A DNA stretch of 64,000 bases from Caecitellus pseudoparvulus (GCA_965644315.1 CBFFRQ010000054.1:124001-188000); one strand, 5' to 3'; shown: positions 32,348 through 43,705, counted from the first letter of the stretch. The notes: generated from the letters alone by a model not told the origin. Translations and numbers: made by a program.

Positions 32348-35300
32348 ATGAGGAGACACCTCTTCATCACCGCAGCCTTCATGATTGGGGCGATGGCTAC
32401 TGGTGCAGACAGTGGTCTGCTGTGGTTTGGGGTTCCGCCTCCCCAGCGCTGCCGTGGCCATAGACCCAGCATCACCTCCCCGGCAAATGGGAGTGCATTC
32501 TCTCACGGCTCGACCGTGCAGGTGTGCGTATGCTGGGGAGGCTCGCAAGAGAGAGAAAGCCTCGTGGGCTGGGAGGTGAACAGCGAACCAGTGCAGAGCC
32601 CCTGCACAGCTGTTCAAAGGGCTGGGGTTCACACAGCACATGCGTTCTGGCGCTCGCAGTCCGGGGAAGTGGTCCAGGAGCGAATCGCATTCCTCATCAC
32701 GAACGAAGGGATGCTTGAAGAAGCAGGCCTCCCAAGCAGACGGCGGAGTTTCTTAACCTTCCATAAGGATGCCCAGGCAAGCCTTGTGCGGCAGCTGGAG
32801 CACTTGGCAAAGGCGCTGGTATGCGCGACGGACAGCACCCAGGCTGGCTGCCGCCCTTTCACTTTGGCCCATGTGCAGCCTGGAGGCGTCTTGGACTCCT
32901 CCACCATCCCTTGGAAGCCAGGACTGATTGTGCTCATGCCACCCAAGACTTTCTTGGTGTGTCCCGCCAACGCAACCCTCCTGGCTGTGGGCACCCCAGC
33001 TCAGCCGATCCTGCTCGTGAGTCGCTCCCTCTGGACAACGGCAAGGGAGAGCCTTGGCAACACAACGGGCCCGTCCTCTATCAGCGCTGTGATGGGCGCC
33101 CTTAGATCCGTGTTTTCTGACTATTCCCAGGCGTGGGCAGGCTTGCAACTGCAGGAGGGGTGCAACGCAACCATGCGCCACACGATCTTGGCGCACGCTG
33201 GTGTGGACTCGGACACTCCTGGGGCAGGCTTTCGTAAAGTGGTCTCGTCACACCACCTCTCAATTCTTCCGATGATTGGTGGCAGCGGCGCAACACTCAA
33301 CATGCACCACTCCTCGCTGCTGGGATCCGCTGGGCCTTTGTGCGTGCTGACACGCAGCACACTGAATGTGCACTCCAGCATGCTGGCCGTAGGCCTGCTT
33401 GGCCTGGACCTCCACGAATCCGTATCGCGCATGTCAGGTCTGGTGGTGGGCGGCATGATGGGGTTGAGTTCCCGAGCTGCCTTCTTGGAGCGATGTGCCG
33501 TGGAGCAAGCGGGGGCACCCTGCACGGTTGACTTTCTGCCAGGAGAGCTTCATTCACTGCATGAGGATGCGGATGGATTTTACATTGTCGGGGGCAGCTT
33601 CGAAGCGGATAATCTTCTCGTGTCAGCCGTCTTAGATGACTGTGTGGATGTGGGCACTGGGCCTGGGGGAAGCATAAGCGTGAGAGCCAGCACCCTGGCA
33701 GGGTGTGCTCATGAGGGGCTGGCACTGTCTGTCCTGCCACACAGCTGCGGGCCTCAGGGAGAGTGCACCGACTCCATGAGACGCAGGGTGTTCATGTCGG
33801 GCTCTGAGTTGGTAGATTGCCAGGTTGGCGTCGAGCTGGGGCACTCTGGGCCTCACCTGACGGCGCTCGTGCAGCACAGCACCATTCGGGGCTGTGACGT
33901 GGGTGTGCGAATTGGTGACAATTATCCGTGGCCGGTTCTCGGCAGCTTGCATGTAGATCGGTGCCTTTTCGACGAGAACGACGTCCACGTCCTGGATCGC
34001 AAGGTTGGGCACATTACCGGGGCTCAGCCACGTTCAGAGCTTCCACGCGTGCAGGTGACTCGGAGCGTCTTCACTGTGCCGCCCCACAATGCTGCCTCGC
34101 CTGTGCAAGACCACGGACACCTTTCAATTGAGTCGTTTGGGGACATAGCCTTCACTGGGAGGGGAAACATGGTCCTCTTGGCGGGCGGGACAGGGGGAAC
34201 ACCTCTGGCGCAGACCCTCGCTCGGCTGAACTCACAGCCAAAGCGAGCCCCCTTCCACTTGGAACTCACTCTTTTCAGCACCATGGAAGGCATACACTCC
34301 CGAGGGTTCTTCAGCCAGCACCAGGCTCACAGGCTAGGCGCGATTGACCCAGTTGTGGAGCCACTGTGGAAGCTGGAGCATGCGGAGCCCTGGCAAGAGC
34401 AGGGAGAAGGGTGGGCACCACTCCACTGGCTCACACCAGCCGAAAGCATACTTGCCCCGATGGTGCTGTGGGGCGGTATGGCTGCCCTGGCGCAACAGGT
34501 GCTGTCAGCGCGCGTTGCGGCCTGGCATGGCTTGACCCTTCGCGGAAGTGTGCGGCTGCATCCAAGTGGCGGCGAGCAGGGGCAAGAGTGCAACGTATCG
34601 GAGGCATGGTATCGACGCTTTTACAAGGACACCTACTATCATGTTTTTCAAACGAAACCAGATGGCAGTCGCACTGAGCTCAGCATGGTGGAGGCTAAAG
34701 GATCAGCTGCGCCGCTCCTGCTCCTGGTAGATATCCAAGCGCCCTTGCTCGCCCCGAGCAAGCATGGACTGGTCATCGAACAGATATACGCCGCGAAGCA
34801 TGCGCTGCGAGGATCATCCACTGGATCCTTTCTAGTGCACGCGCCGCAGACATTGGATGAAATTGCAGCTGACAGCAACTTTCTCGCCTTGGCCCAAATA
34901 CTCGACAAAGTCAGGCTGGGTCACGAAACGCACATCACGCTGCATCCAAGTGGATATGCATCGTTTGGAGCGTGTTCACGTCTTCAAGCTGACCGGTGGA
35001 GGCTTGTCACGGTGCAGGCTCGCCAAGGCAATGTCTCAGATGAACGCGCCATGCTCAAACGTGCGCAACAGGAGTCTGGTGTCCACCTCGTCGCAGCATT
35101 CCGGCAGCTACACGCTGAGGAGTGGTTGACTGTAAGTACGGACGAGTTGCACAGGGTTTCTGGGACTGTAGCTTGGGGTCGCCGTGTTGGCCTGCCCCTC
35201 GAGCATCTGCATTCCGTCGCACGTGAGCGAGCTTCTTGGCTCTGCCCCTGCGCGCACGGTCTTGTAGCCTGCGAGCCCACAGCATGGCCAGCAAGTGACT

Positions 35301-36886
35301 CCATTCAAGCACTGGCGGCTGCGTGCGCTCTTGAGTCGGGGGGCCTTCCGATCGTGCTGCCAAGGCGGCATGGGGGGGCACAACCCCCGCTCCAGGCACT
35401 CCTGGCAGTGCCGGACGCTGCAGTCCACTCGAGCGTGCAGAACATCGGGGAACTCGTTCCCACAAGCGATTTTTTCTCAGAGCACGCTTCACGTCGAATG
35501 AGAGCAGCACTTGAGCACCTGCCGACAGGCCGCAGTGGCGTGGAAGTGCAACGAGCTGTCCTGCACGCTGCTTTTGGGCCTCCTTCTGAGCTGGCCTTGG
35601 CGAGCTGGCGGAGGCACATGCAGCTTGACAGCGACCCCACTGGGAGACCACCTGCTCTGATTCTGACAAAAGTGCACCCTGAAGCTGCACCAGCTCTTGG
35701 GTTGGCCACATCTGGCGAAGTGCTAGTCAGCTTGCTGTCCCGTCAGCTGCGTGGGTTCATCCAGAGCCAGCTTCAGGCGGTTCACACCGGGGCCGCCGAG
35801 GCCTTGCATATACCACCCACATCATTACAGAGGGCCGTTGAAGAGTACCATGCGTTTTCCTCCTGTGGCAAGGTCGACAGTGCTTGGGTTAACGCCTGGC
35901 CGAACCCTTCTCATTGCAAGGTCAACACTCACCCGTTTCACTCGGACAGCCTGCAACACCTTGCGTGGCTTGCGGCAATCGTAGGGCGAGGAATGGGGGT
36001 GGCGGTGTATAAGCGTGAGGATGCGATTGGAGTGCAGACGCATGTGCCACTGCACACGCTGCTGAGCACTCCGCTGTCTCCCGGCTCGTCCCCTGCTAGA
36101 GGGAGGGGAAGGCAGGGCACATGTGCTGAGCCCAGCCTGAACCATATTGCACGTAGCTGGGACGCCATTTGCGATTCCTTGGTGCTTCAGATGTTTCGTC
36201 ACAGCAAGGGGGTGCTCGGCGCTGCGCTGCGGGCCGCACCAGGCTCAGCAAACGCTACTCTGCATCAGGCAGCAAGGCGAGCCGAGGCAGCCCACGAAGG
36301 CTCTGACATGGCCAGAGGGAAAGGCATCACCGGAGCGATCACGCAGCTCTTGACTCCCTCAAGTGTACTTTCTCTCTTTTCGGTTCGGCATGGCTTTTCG
36401 CCTGTGGTTGCGGGGAGCTTGGAGTCCAGCCATCCGCGCGCGTTCAGCTACGTCATCGACGGCAACCACCAAGTGACTGCCATGGGCATTGCTGTGCTAG
36501 CACATGCATATGTTACGGACTGGGAACCGCACTTTGGCAGCACGATGAGCCAGCCACCTGCGGCAGCAATAACCACCGCCTTGCACCTCGTGCGATCTAC
36601 GATGCAGGACATGGAGCGCAAAGACCGCGTGCTGTTCTTGCTGGTCAAGGCGGCACTGGATCAAGTGAGCATCAGCATGCCCAGCCAAGATGCGTTTGGG
36701 CGTTGGGGAGCGAGCCCCAGTGCCTCTCCGCCTCCACTGTCAAGGTTGCTGCACTCCACAGTCCCCGTCCTGCTCGCAACGAGCGAGTCCATGACGCATG
36801 GTGCAGAGGGGCTGAAGTCTTCCCCTTTCGCAGAGGTGGAGGACAAAGTTACTGAAATGCTGAGTTGCAAATGGACAGGAGCATAG
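32348..36886 (+). CDS. Large secreted protein with Ig-like module and right-handed (pectin-lyase-like) beta-helix; C-terminal half unknown
   Basis: Signal peptide MRRHLFITAAFMIGAMATG; SITSPANGS Ig-like start; beta-helix motifs DADGFYIVGG, LDDCVDVGTG, CAHEGLALS, CQVGVELG, CDVGVRIGDNY. Confidence 0.7.
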   Translation: MRRHLFITAAFMIGAMATGADSGLLWFGVPPPQRCRGHRPSITSPANGSAFSHGSTVQVCVCWGGSQERESLVGWEVNSEPVQSPCTAVQRAGVHTAHAFWRSQSGEVVQERIAFLITNEGMLEEAGLPSRRRSFLTFHKDAQASLVRQLEHLAKALVCATDSTQAGCRPFTLAHVQPGGVLDSSTIPWKPGLIVLMPPKTFLVCPANATLLAVGTPAQPILLVSRSLWTTARESLGNTTGPSSISAVMGALRSVFSDYSQAWAGLQLQEGCNATMRHTILAHAGVDSDTPGAGFRKVVSSHHLSILPMIGGSGATLNMHHSSLLGSAGPLCVLTRSTLNVHSSMLAVGLLGLDLHESVSRMSGLVVGGMMGLSSRAAFLERCAVEQAGAPCTVDFLPGELHSLHEDADGFYIVGGSFEADNLLVSAVLDDCVDVGTGPGGSISVRASTLAGCAHEGLALSVLPHSCGPQGECTDSMRRRVFMSGSELVDCQVGVELGHSGPHLTALVQHSTIRGCDVGVRIGDNYPWPVLGSLHVDRCLFDENDVHVLDRKVGHITGAQPRSELPRVQVTRSVFTVPPHNAASPVQDHGHLSIESFGDIAFTGRGNMVLLAGGTGGTPLAQTLARLNSQPKRAPFHLELTLFSTMEGIHSRGFFSQHQAHRLGAIDPVVEPLWKLEHAEPWQEQGEGWAPLHWLTPAESILAPMVLWGGMAALAQQVLSARVAAWHGLTLRGSVRLHPSGGEQGQECNVSEAWYRRFYKDTYYHVFQTKPDGSRTELSMVEAKGSAAPLLLLVDIQAPLLAPSKHGLVIEQIYAAKHALRGSSTGSFLVHAPQTLDEIAADSNFLALAQILDKVRLGHETHITLHPSGYASFGACSRLQADRWRLVTVQARQGNVSDERAMLKRAQQESGVHLVAAFRQLHAEEWLTVSTDELHRVSGTVAWGRRVGLPLEHLHSVARERASWLCPCAHGLVACEPTAWPASDSIQALAAACALESGGLPIVLPRRHGGAQPPLQALLAVPDAAVHSSVQNIGELVPTSDFFSEHASRRMRAALEHLPTGRSGVEVQRAVLHAAFGPPSELALASWRRHMQLDSDPTGRPPALILTKVHPEAAPALGLATSGEVLVSLLSRQLRGFIQSQLQAVHTGAAEALHIPPTSLQRAVEEYHAFSSCGKVDSAWVNAWPNPSHCKVNTHPFHSDSLQHLAWLAAIVGRGMGVAVYKREDAIGVQTHVPLHTLLSTPLSPGSSPARGRGRQGTCAEPSLNHIARSWDAICDSLVLQMFRHSKGVLGAALRAAPGSANATLHQAARRAEAAHEGSDMARGKGITGAITQLLTPSSVLSLFSVRHGFSPVVAGSLESSHPRAFSYVIDGNHQVTAMGIAVLAHAYVTDWEPHFGSTMSQPPAAAITTALHLVRSTMQDMERKDRVLFLLVKAALDQVSISMPSQDAFGRWGASPSASPPPLSRLLHSTVPVLLATSESMTHGAEGLKSSPFAEVEDKVTEMLSCKWTGA

Positions 36887-37321
36887 CTACAATACCTCTC
36901 CACATGAGGTTGTGTGTGTGGAGGAGCGTGTGTGAGGCAGGGCGGGCAGGCGTGGGTTGCTCTGCGAAGAATAGAACTGGGTCAGTTGTGCCAAAGTATG
37001 CTAGACCTACTGTTTGGAAGGAAATGCACGTGATCTTTCATCGTCTGTCGCGGCGCGGTTCCTTTTGTCTGCCAGCCACCGCCTGTGTCATCCTTGTCCT
37101 TGCAGCCAGCGGCACAACTGTTGCTGATCGTGCAGCTGCCCAGAGCTATCCAAAACAAAGTGAAACGTACATGGTTGTGCGAGTTAAAAGTGGATGACAG
37201 GATAAGGCCTGTTCCGGACTGCGATTGTGAAGCGCTTCCCCCAGTTCAGTTAGCCCACTGTGTTGTTGTGCTACCAAATTCCGCAACCCCGTGGTTGGGT
37301 CGTGTGAAGCCCCCACCCAGC

Positions 37322-37483
37322 ATACTTACCTGACGTGGGCGACTGCGGGCTCAAGTAGCCGCAGCCCTGGGGGGGAGCAGGGCTTGCACGCTGGCTTGTC
37401 CAGTGCTGCTGTAATCCCTCATGGTAGTACGTCTTTGACGGCTGCCACGCGTAGACTTTTTGGAAGTACGGCCGAATGGCCAC
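37322..37483 (+). ncRNA. U1: U1 spliceosomal snRNA
   Basis: Starts ATACTTACCTG. Helix H ACGTG/CGCGT; SL1 CTGCGG-[GCTCAAGTAG]-CCGCAG; SL2 with TTGCAC loop; SL3 TGGTAGT-CGTC-TTT-GACG-GCTGCCA; Sm site ACTTTTTG; SL4 GGCC..GGCC. Length ~162 nt. Confidence 0.92.
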
Positions 37484-37536
37484 AAACAAACTCAAAAGAA
37501 CGAAATTGTGAATGTCGACATACATTACAAGACAAC

Positions 37537-38605
37537 CTAGACACTCAAGCGCAGCCTGTGCATGAGGCTCTTGACACTTTCGTCAGCAGGCGGAATGGTG
37601 AGGGGCTTTGCTGCGCAGAGAAGCTTGGTCACATCGAGCTCAGTGTTGGAGCGGGGGGCCTTCAGGATACGGCTCTGCTCTTCCTCTGAGAAATTGGTCC
37701 AGGTGAAGGCAGGGTCCACTACCTGTTGGTACTGCTGCAGGATGAAGTTGTGCGTGACGGTGCCAGGGTTGGTGAAGTTGAAGGTGCCAGTGCTGCCCTG
37801 TTGCACCAAGTGCACCGCCACAGGCAGCAGATCATGCAGCACAGAGACGCTGTTCGGAATGTTGACTACTTTCTCGTACTTGGTGAGTTTGGTGAGGAGG
37901 CTCCGGGGGTGCAGGTCGTCGCTGAGCGGCATGCGCAGGCGCAGGGTGAGCGTGTTGGGGAACGCCGGCAGTGCCTCCTCGACCATAGCCTTGGTGTGGG
38001 AGTACCACGACCCTCTGAAGTTGGGGCTGTCTGCCTCCGTGAAGCCTTTGCCTGTCGCTTGTGGGTGCTGTGCATCGTAGGTGTAGATGCAGCCTGTTCC
38101 AAAGTATGTGCAGTGCACGCCTCGCTCGTGCGCGGCTTGCAGGACGTTCAACACGCCTTGCACGTTCACCTTGAGCACCTCTTGCTTGTGGTCCTCACAC
38201 CAGTCAACGTTGGGGCGGCCAGTCTGCGCGGGAGGGGTCTTCAGGTGGCAGCGCCGGGCGTCGGTCCCTCGCGGGGAGTCGGCAGCAACGCACCAGCCCG
38301 GCTGCAATGATGACTCGTTCAAAGGGAGCGCTGGCCAGCTCGCTGGCAATGCAGGGGGAAGGGGGGGCTGTCCTGTACTGGTGTGCGTGCCCGTAAAGGC
38401 TTCCAACTCACGCTTCCACGTCTGCAGCCTTCTCCATGCGTGCCTGCGCGGCAACTGGAGTGCAGCGTCCTCCTTCAGCGCTCAGGTGCATGAGCTTGCG
38501 ACCAATCCAGCCAGTTTTGCCGCCATAGATGAGCCAGAGAGGTTGAGCTACCTTCTCTGACTTGGTACCGAGGCTCTCACACGCTGGGCCCTCCTCAGCA
38601 GCCAT
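37537..38605 (-). CDS. NDP-4-keto-6-deoxyglucose 3,5-epimerase/4-reductase (NRS/ER, UER1; L-rhamnose synthesis); introns 38343-38411 and 38224-38293
   Basis: WLIYGGKTGWIG..ARME..|ELASAPFERVIIAAGL|TGRPNVDWCEDHK..NVQG..GTGCIYTYD..GFTEADSPNFRGSWYSHTK..LRLRMP..KYEKVVNIPNS..APRSNTELD. Confidence 0.94.
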
Positions 38606-38858
38606 TTGAGCGACTGGCGTGCAGGCGCCAATTTCCGCGCCGAGGCGCTGCAGGCTTTGAGCTTGTCGCGAGGATGAGCTGCCTCGGGCAAATCACTTAA
38701 ATCTAGAGCACAGCAAGTCGCACTGACACACAGCAGAAAGTGAAGATCAACTGAGTTTTGATCTGAGTGCAGCAGCAGTGCAAGATGGCGGTGTCCAGGG
38801 CCAACAGTGCAAGTGGTCCGTGCTCCTGGCGTTTCATGCAGGACAAGCCGCGCCTGGT

Positions 38859-41800
38859 ATGAGTAATCTGCCCTCCATGCGACTCGCAGAAACTATTGCA
38901 CACGCAAGGGGGCTTTATACTGCTAATCAGTTCCACCAATGCGTCGCCGTTTGCCAAAAGGTGCTGCAGGGCGTCGCTAGCGTGCCTGGCATGGCTGTGC
39001 ACCAGCGTTTCGTTTTCCCTGCACAGGCCACAGAAACTCTGGGCCAGCACGCCGAGGTCCTGATGCTGCAGGGTGCCGCGCACTACCACATGCAAATGTT
39101 TGCGGAAAGCATTGCCTGCAGCAAGCGTGCTATTGAGCTGAATCCGTCCTTGAGCCGTGAGTGACGCTGGCCCTGCGCTGCCATGCCGCTCACCTGGCAC
39201 GGCACCCGTTTCCCACATACAGCTGCGTATAACAACCTAGGCAACGCTCTGCGGGCCAGAGGACACACTGACTACGCCGTGCATTGCTTCGTGAAGGCTA
39301 TCAGGTTGTGCCCCACGTTCGCAATGGCGTACTTCAATCTTGCCGGGGCGCTCCTGGCGCAAGGCAAGATCATGCACGCCATTGACATGTACCGCACAGT
39401 GCTAGCGCTGCAGCCTGGCATGATGGAGGCCTGGAGCAACTTGGCCCTCTTGCTCATGCACCGGGGGGACAGCGCCGGCGCGAAGGAGTGCTGCCTCCGC
39501 GCAATCAAGCTGCAGCCATCAGCTGCCATTCCCTGGTACAACTTGGCAGCGCTGCTGAAGGGTCTGGGCGACGCCCACACCGCCTTGCAGTACTACCGAG
39601 AGTGCTTGCGCCTGGCACCCGACTATCCTGAGGGGTGGACCACGCTGGGCAGTTTCTTGAAGGAAGCGCACAACATCCCGGAGGCCAAGGTAGCGTACGA
39701 GCGCGCACTGGCGGTGAGGCCCGTGTTCCCTGTGGCCCTGGGGAACCTTGCCAGCTGTCACTTTGACATGGGGGACATGGACACGGCAATAGGGCTGTAC
39801 GCCAAGGCGCTGGAGCAGCAGCAGGTGTTCCCAGACGTCTGGAACAACCTTGGCAACGCGTACCGCGAAAAGGGGGATCTGAAGAGCAGCATTTATTGCT
39901 ACCGCTCTGCGCTGCAGCAAGCGCCACGACACCCCCACGCATACAACAACCTAGGGAACAGCCTGAAGGACATTGGGCACATCCAGGAGGCCATCCATTG
40001 CTACGTCACTGCCTGCAACATAATGCCCAACTTCGCGGCCGCCCACAGCAATCTAGCGTCTGTGCTGAAGGAACAAGGGGAGGTGGGCCTCGCCATTGCC
40101 CACTACAAGCAAGCACTGGCCGCCGACCCGACCTTTGCCGATGCCTGGTCCAACTTGGGCAACACGTACAAGGACCTCGTGCAGCTGGACGACGCCATCG
40201 TTGCGTACAGCACCGCTGTGCGCCTGCGCCCCACGAACGCCGACGCATGGTCCAACCTCGCGTCTGCGTACAAGGACAGTGGGCGCACCCTGCAGGCCAT
40301 CGTCGCGTACGAACAAGCGCTGAAGCTACGACCCGTGTTCCTGGACGCCTTTGCAAACCTCGCACACGCTCGCATGCTCATTTGCGACTGGACCTCCCGC
40401 ATGCAAGATTTCGAGACTGTCAAGGCCCACATGGCAACCCAAATGGAGGCAGTGCTGCCAGGCGGTGCCCAACCCAACGCGTATGCGCCACACGGGCGCC
40501 TGCCTCCTGAGGTCGCGGCAGCGCAGAGGCTGCCCGCCAACCTGCCCCACACCGCAGCCAGCATCCCGGTCCTGCCCTCCGTGCAGCCATTCCACTCGTT
40601 GGTGTACCCACTTTCACTGGCTGAGATGAAGCGCCTGGCGCAGTGCTACGCTCAGCGCGTGGAACGCAACTTGTTGCTGCTGAAGGACAAGCCTGTATTC
40701 ACGCCGCCAACGAAGGGCGCTTGGGAACGCCTCCGCGTCGGCTACGTTTCGTCTGACTTCGGGAACCACCCCCTGTCGCACTTGATGCAGTCCATCTTCG
40801 GCATGCACAATCGTGCGCGGTATGAGGTGTTTGGCTACGCGCTGTCCCCTGACGATGGCTCCCAATGGCGCCGCAAAGTCGCATCCGAAATCGAGCACTT
40901 CAAAGACCTGTCGGCTGTCGTGGCGCCGGGGGACGCGGCCAAGATCATTGCCGCTGACCGCATTCACATCCTCATCAACTTGAACGGGTACACGAAGGGG
41001 GCCCGCAACGAAATCTTTGCCTTGCGCCCTGCGCCCGTGCAGGTGAGCTACATGGGCTTCTGTGGCACGACGGGGGCGCCGCACATGGACTACTTCATTG
41101 TGGACGAGTCTGTCGTGCCGCGGTCCCTGCGGCAGCACTACACAGAGGCGTTGGTGTTCATGCCACACTGCTACTTTGTCAACGATCACAAGCAGTCCGC
41201 GCAGATCGTCCTGAACCCAGCCATGCGTCCCACGCGTGCCCAGTACGGCCTGCCAGAGGACAAGTTCCTGTTCGCCAACTTCAACCAGCTGTACAAGGTC
41301 GAGCCTCGGACGTTTGCCGTGTGGTGCCGCATCTTGCGGGCCCTGCCCAAGGCCGCTCTGTGGCTGCTGCGGTTTCCGCCCGCCGGGGAAGACAACATCC
41401 GCGCCGCTGCCCGTGCCTTTGGCGTGCACGCAGACCAGATCGTCTTCACTGACGTGGCGCCCAAGGAGGAGCACCTCCGCAGGGGGGCCTTGGTGGACCT
41501 GTTCCTGGACACACCTGCCTGCAACGCCCACACAACAGGCTGCGACATTCTGTGGGCTGGGACGCCGCTGCTTACCGTGCCCGGCGAAAAGATGGCCAGC
41601 CGCGTGGCAGCGTCCTTATTGAATTCCATTGGCCTCACCTCCTGCATCGCCGACTCCCTCGTCGCCTATGAACAGCGTGCCATTGAGCTGGCTTCCTCCC
41701 CCAAGCTGCTGGCAGAAGTGCGGGCGCACCTGGAGTCAGCACGCCACACGTGGCCGCTGTTCGACACGGCGAGGTGGGTGCGCAACTGCGAGCAAAGCTA

Positions 41801-42401
41801 CGACAGCATGTGGGCGCGGTGGGAGGCGGGGCAGCCGCCCGCCGACATCACAGTGCAAGACGTGAGCGGCACTGCCCCCATCGCCCCAGTGCAAACCATT
41901 GTGCGGGATCCATACACGCTGCGTGCCGGCGAGGTGGCTGACGCAGCAGGGGACGTCGGTGCAGGCGGCACGGCTGTGCACACTGAATTGCCGCCAGAGG
42001 TCATGGACGCCGAGGGCATTGTCTCCCGGTACATGCAGCGGCACCCCGGCACAAAGAAGCCGACACTGGAGAGTGTCGTGGTGCAGCAGCCCACCGTCCC
42101 GCTTGCCATGGCAGCTGCAGCGGGGGCCATGCCGGCACCCACCCCCCTCGCCACTCGCGTCATGGCTGGGCACTTTGACCCTCGGCAGGTGCAGCTGGCT
42201 CAATATGGCGCAGCTGCCCACGCTGGCTTCATGCCGGCCCAAGCGCACGGCATGCAAACACAGCTGCAGAACATGGTCATGCGCCAGCAGCAGGGCTTCA
42301 CCTTGCCGCCTGGCGTCGCTGCTGCTGGCATGCCAGGCCACCAGCCTGTCGTCGTCGGCAGCCACCATGACATCGCCGCAGCACGGATTCAGGGAAGGTG
42401 A
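38859..42401 (+). CDS. OGT: O-GlcNAc transferase (GT41, OGT/SEC type); introns ~38961-39026 and 39157-39222
   Basis: About 13 TPRs (NNLGNA..), then PSVQPFHS, RLRVGYVSSDFGNHPLSHLM, INLNGYTKGARNEIFALRPAPVQVSYMGF, NFNQLYK, LWLLRFP, CNAHTTGCDILWAG, ASRVAAS. Confidence 0.97.
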
Positions 42402-43705
42402 CCAGGTGACGTGGCAACGGCCGGGTCACATGTTGCGGCCTTGGTGCCTTTCTCGTGGGCGTGCGAGGCGTCGCTCGTGATGACACCGTCTGTCTCCGCC
42501 AAGAGCTGAAGCATGACTTTTGCCCGTTCCTCTGCGATGTTGCTCTGCACGCCCACGAAATGCACGATGTTCCCGCCATCGTCCCGCAGAGCAGCACAGA
42601 AGAGGTCGTTCCAGAAAGGCACGCCAGCCTTGGAGTAGTTCAAAATCACACACCTGCAATCCTGCCCCGCCGCGATCGCCGCGGAGAGGCGCTTCACGGT
42701 GGCGGGGTTTGTGTGCTGCCCCTGCATGAACCGGCAATTGTGACCCAGGATTTCCTGGGGCGTGTACCCGGACAGAGCATAGAAGCCGCTGGACGCGAAC
42801 ACGATGGGGTTGTCCGGCAGTGTCGGGTCTGTGATGATGAAGTGCGTCTGTGCAGACGTCACGGACGACAGCAGAGCTTGGTCGCTTCGGGCCAGCTGCG
42901 ACGACGCTGGAGTGGGGGAGCCGGCGGGCGGCGGCAGGGGGACATGTAAAGGGAATGGATGGAGAGCAGCACTGGGGTCCTCTCCCTTTTCACAGGCCGC
43001 TTTGGCCGCGCAGGCTGCACTGCTCTCGCTGCCGTCCGTGCTCGCAGTTTTGTTCATTTCGCTCTGAGAGCCAGCGCCAGGCAGGCAGCAAGTGCCCACC
43101 GAATCTTGCTGGCCCTCCCTCACCTTTCTCAGACACTCTTCCCACTGCTTCGTCAATCCCAGAGAAGCTATCATGTCCAGTATGATGCTGTTCTCCTTTT
43201 CTGTCCTCTCCACGGTCGCAATGAGGCCATCCAGCTGCAAGAGGCCGAGGCGGAATTTGATGCCAATCATTGCACGGGCGCCAGCGAGCAGCCCCGCCTC
43301 ACCTCAATTTTCCGCCGCTGCCTGGCTTTCCTGGCATTCATTCTGTTCCATTCCTTCCTGCACTCCCACGAAATGCCGCCCGGTGCGTCAGCTGAGCGAG
43401 GCACCGCATGTGCGCGACGGATTCAAGCAACTCATGCCACATACCTACGCTTCGAAGCTGCCTCGGGTCCCTCATCCAAGTGATCTGTACCTGGCGGGCA
43501 AAGCAGACCGAAGGTGCGTGGTTTTAACGTGCTTGAGCCGCGATTCAGAACGCTACGGCTTCGCGCGATGGCGTGAGCCACATCATCAGGCAAGCATGAG
43601 GCGGGCACAACTTCACTTCCCGCTGGCCAGCTCACCTTCCTCCAGGCTTGCCCGAAGCTCAAGCCGCTGCAGCTCCAGATCAGAGGCCCGTTTTGAGCTG
43701 CTCAT
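42389..43705 (-). CDS. Aureochrome-type bZIP-LOV blue-light receptor/transcription factor; introns 43491-43635, 43358-43444, 43235-43302 (possibly one more in the linker)
   Basis: Splicing reconstructs the bZIP SKRRKEWNRMNARKARQRRKIE|LDGLIATVERTEKEN. LOV domain FIITDPTLPDNPIVFASSGFYALSGY..ILGHNCRFMQG..LNYSKAGVPFWNDLF..HFVGVQ retains the photoactive Cys. The most 5' exon is less certain. Confidence 0.9.

Noticed and set aside
38343-38411. Apparent premature stop/frameshift in NRS/ER (also in Pin1, PIG-Q, SMC and OGT)
   Set aside because: Canonical short GT-AG introns restore each frame, so these are not pseudogenes or recoding events.
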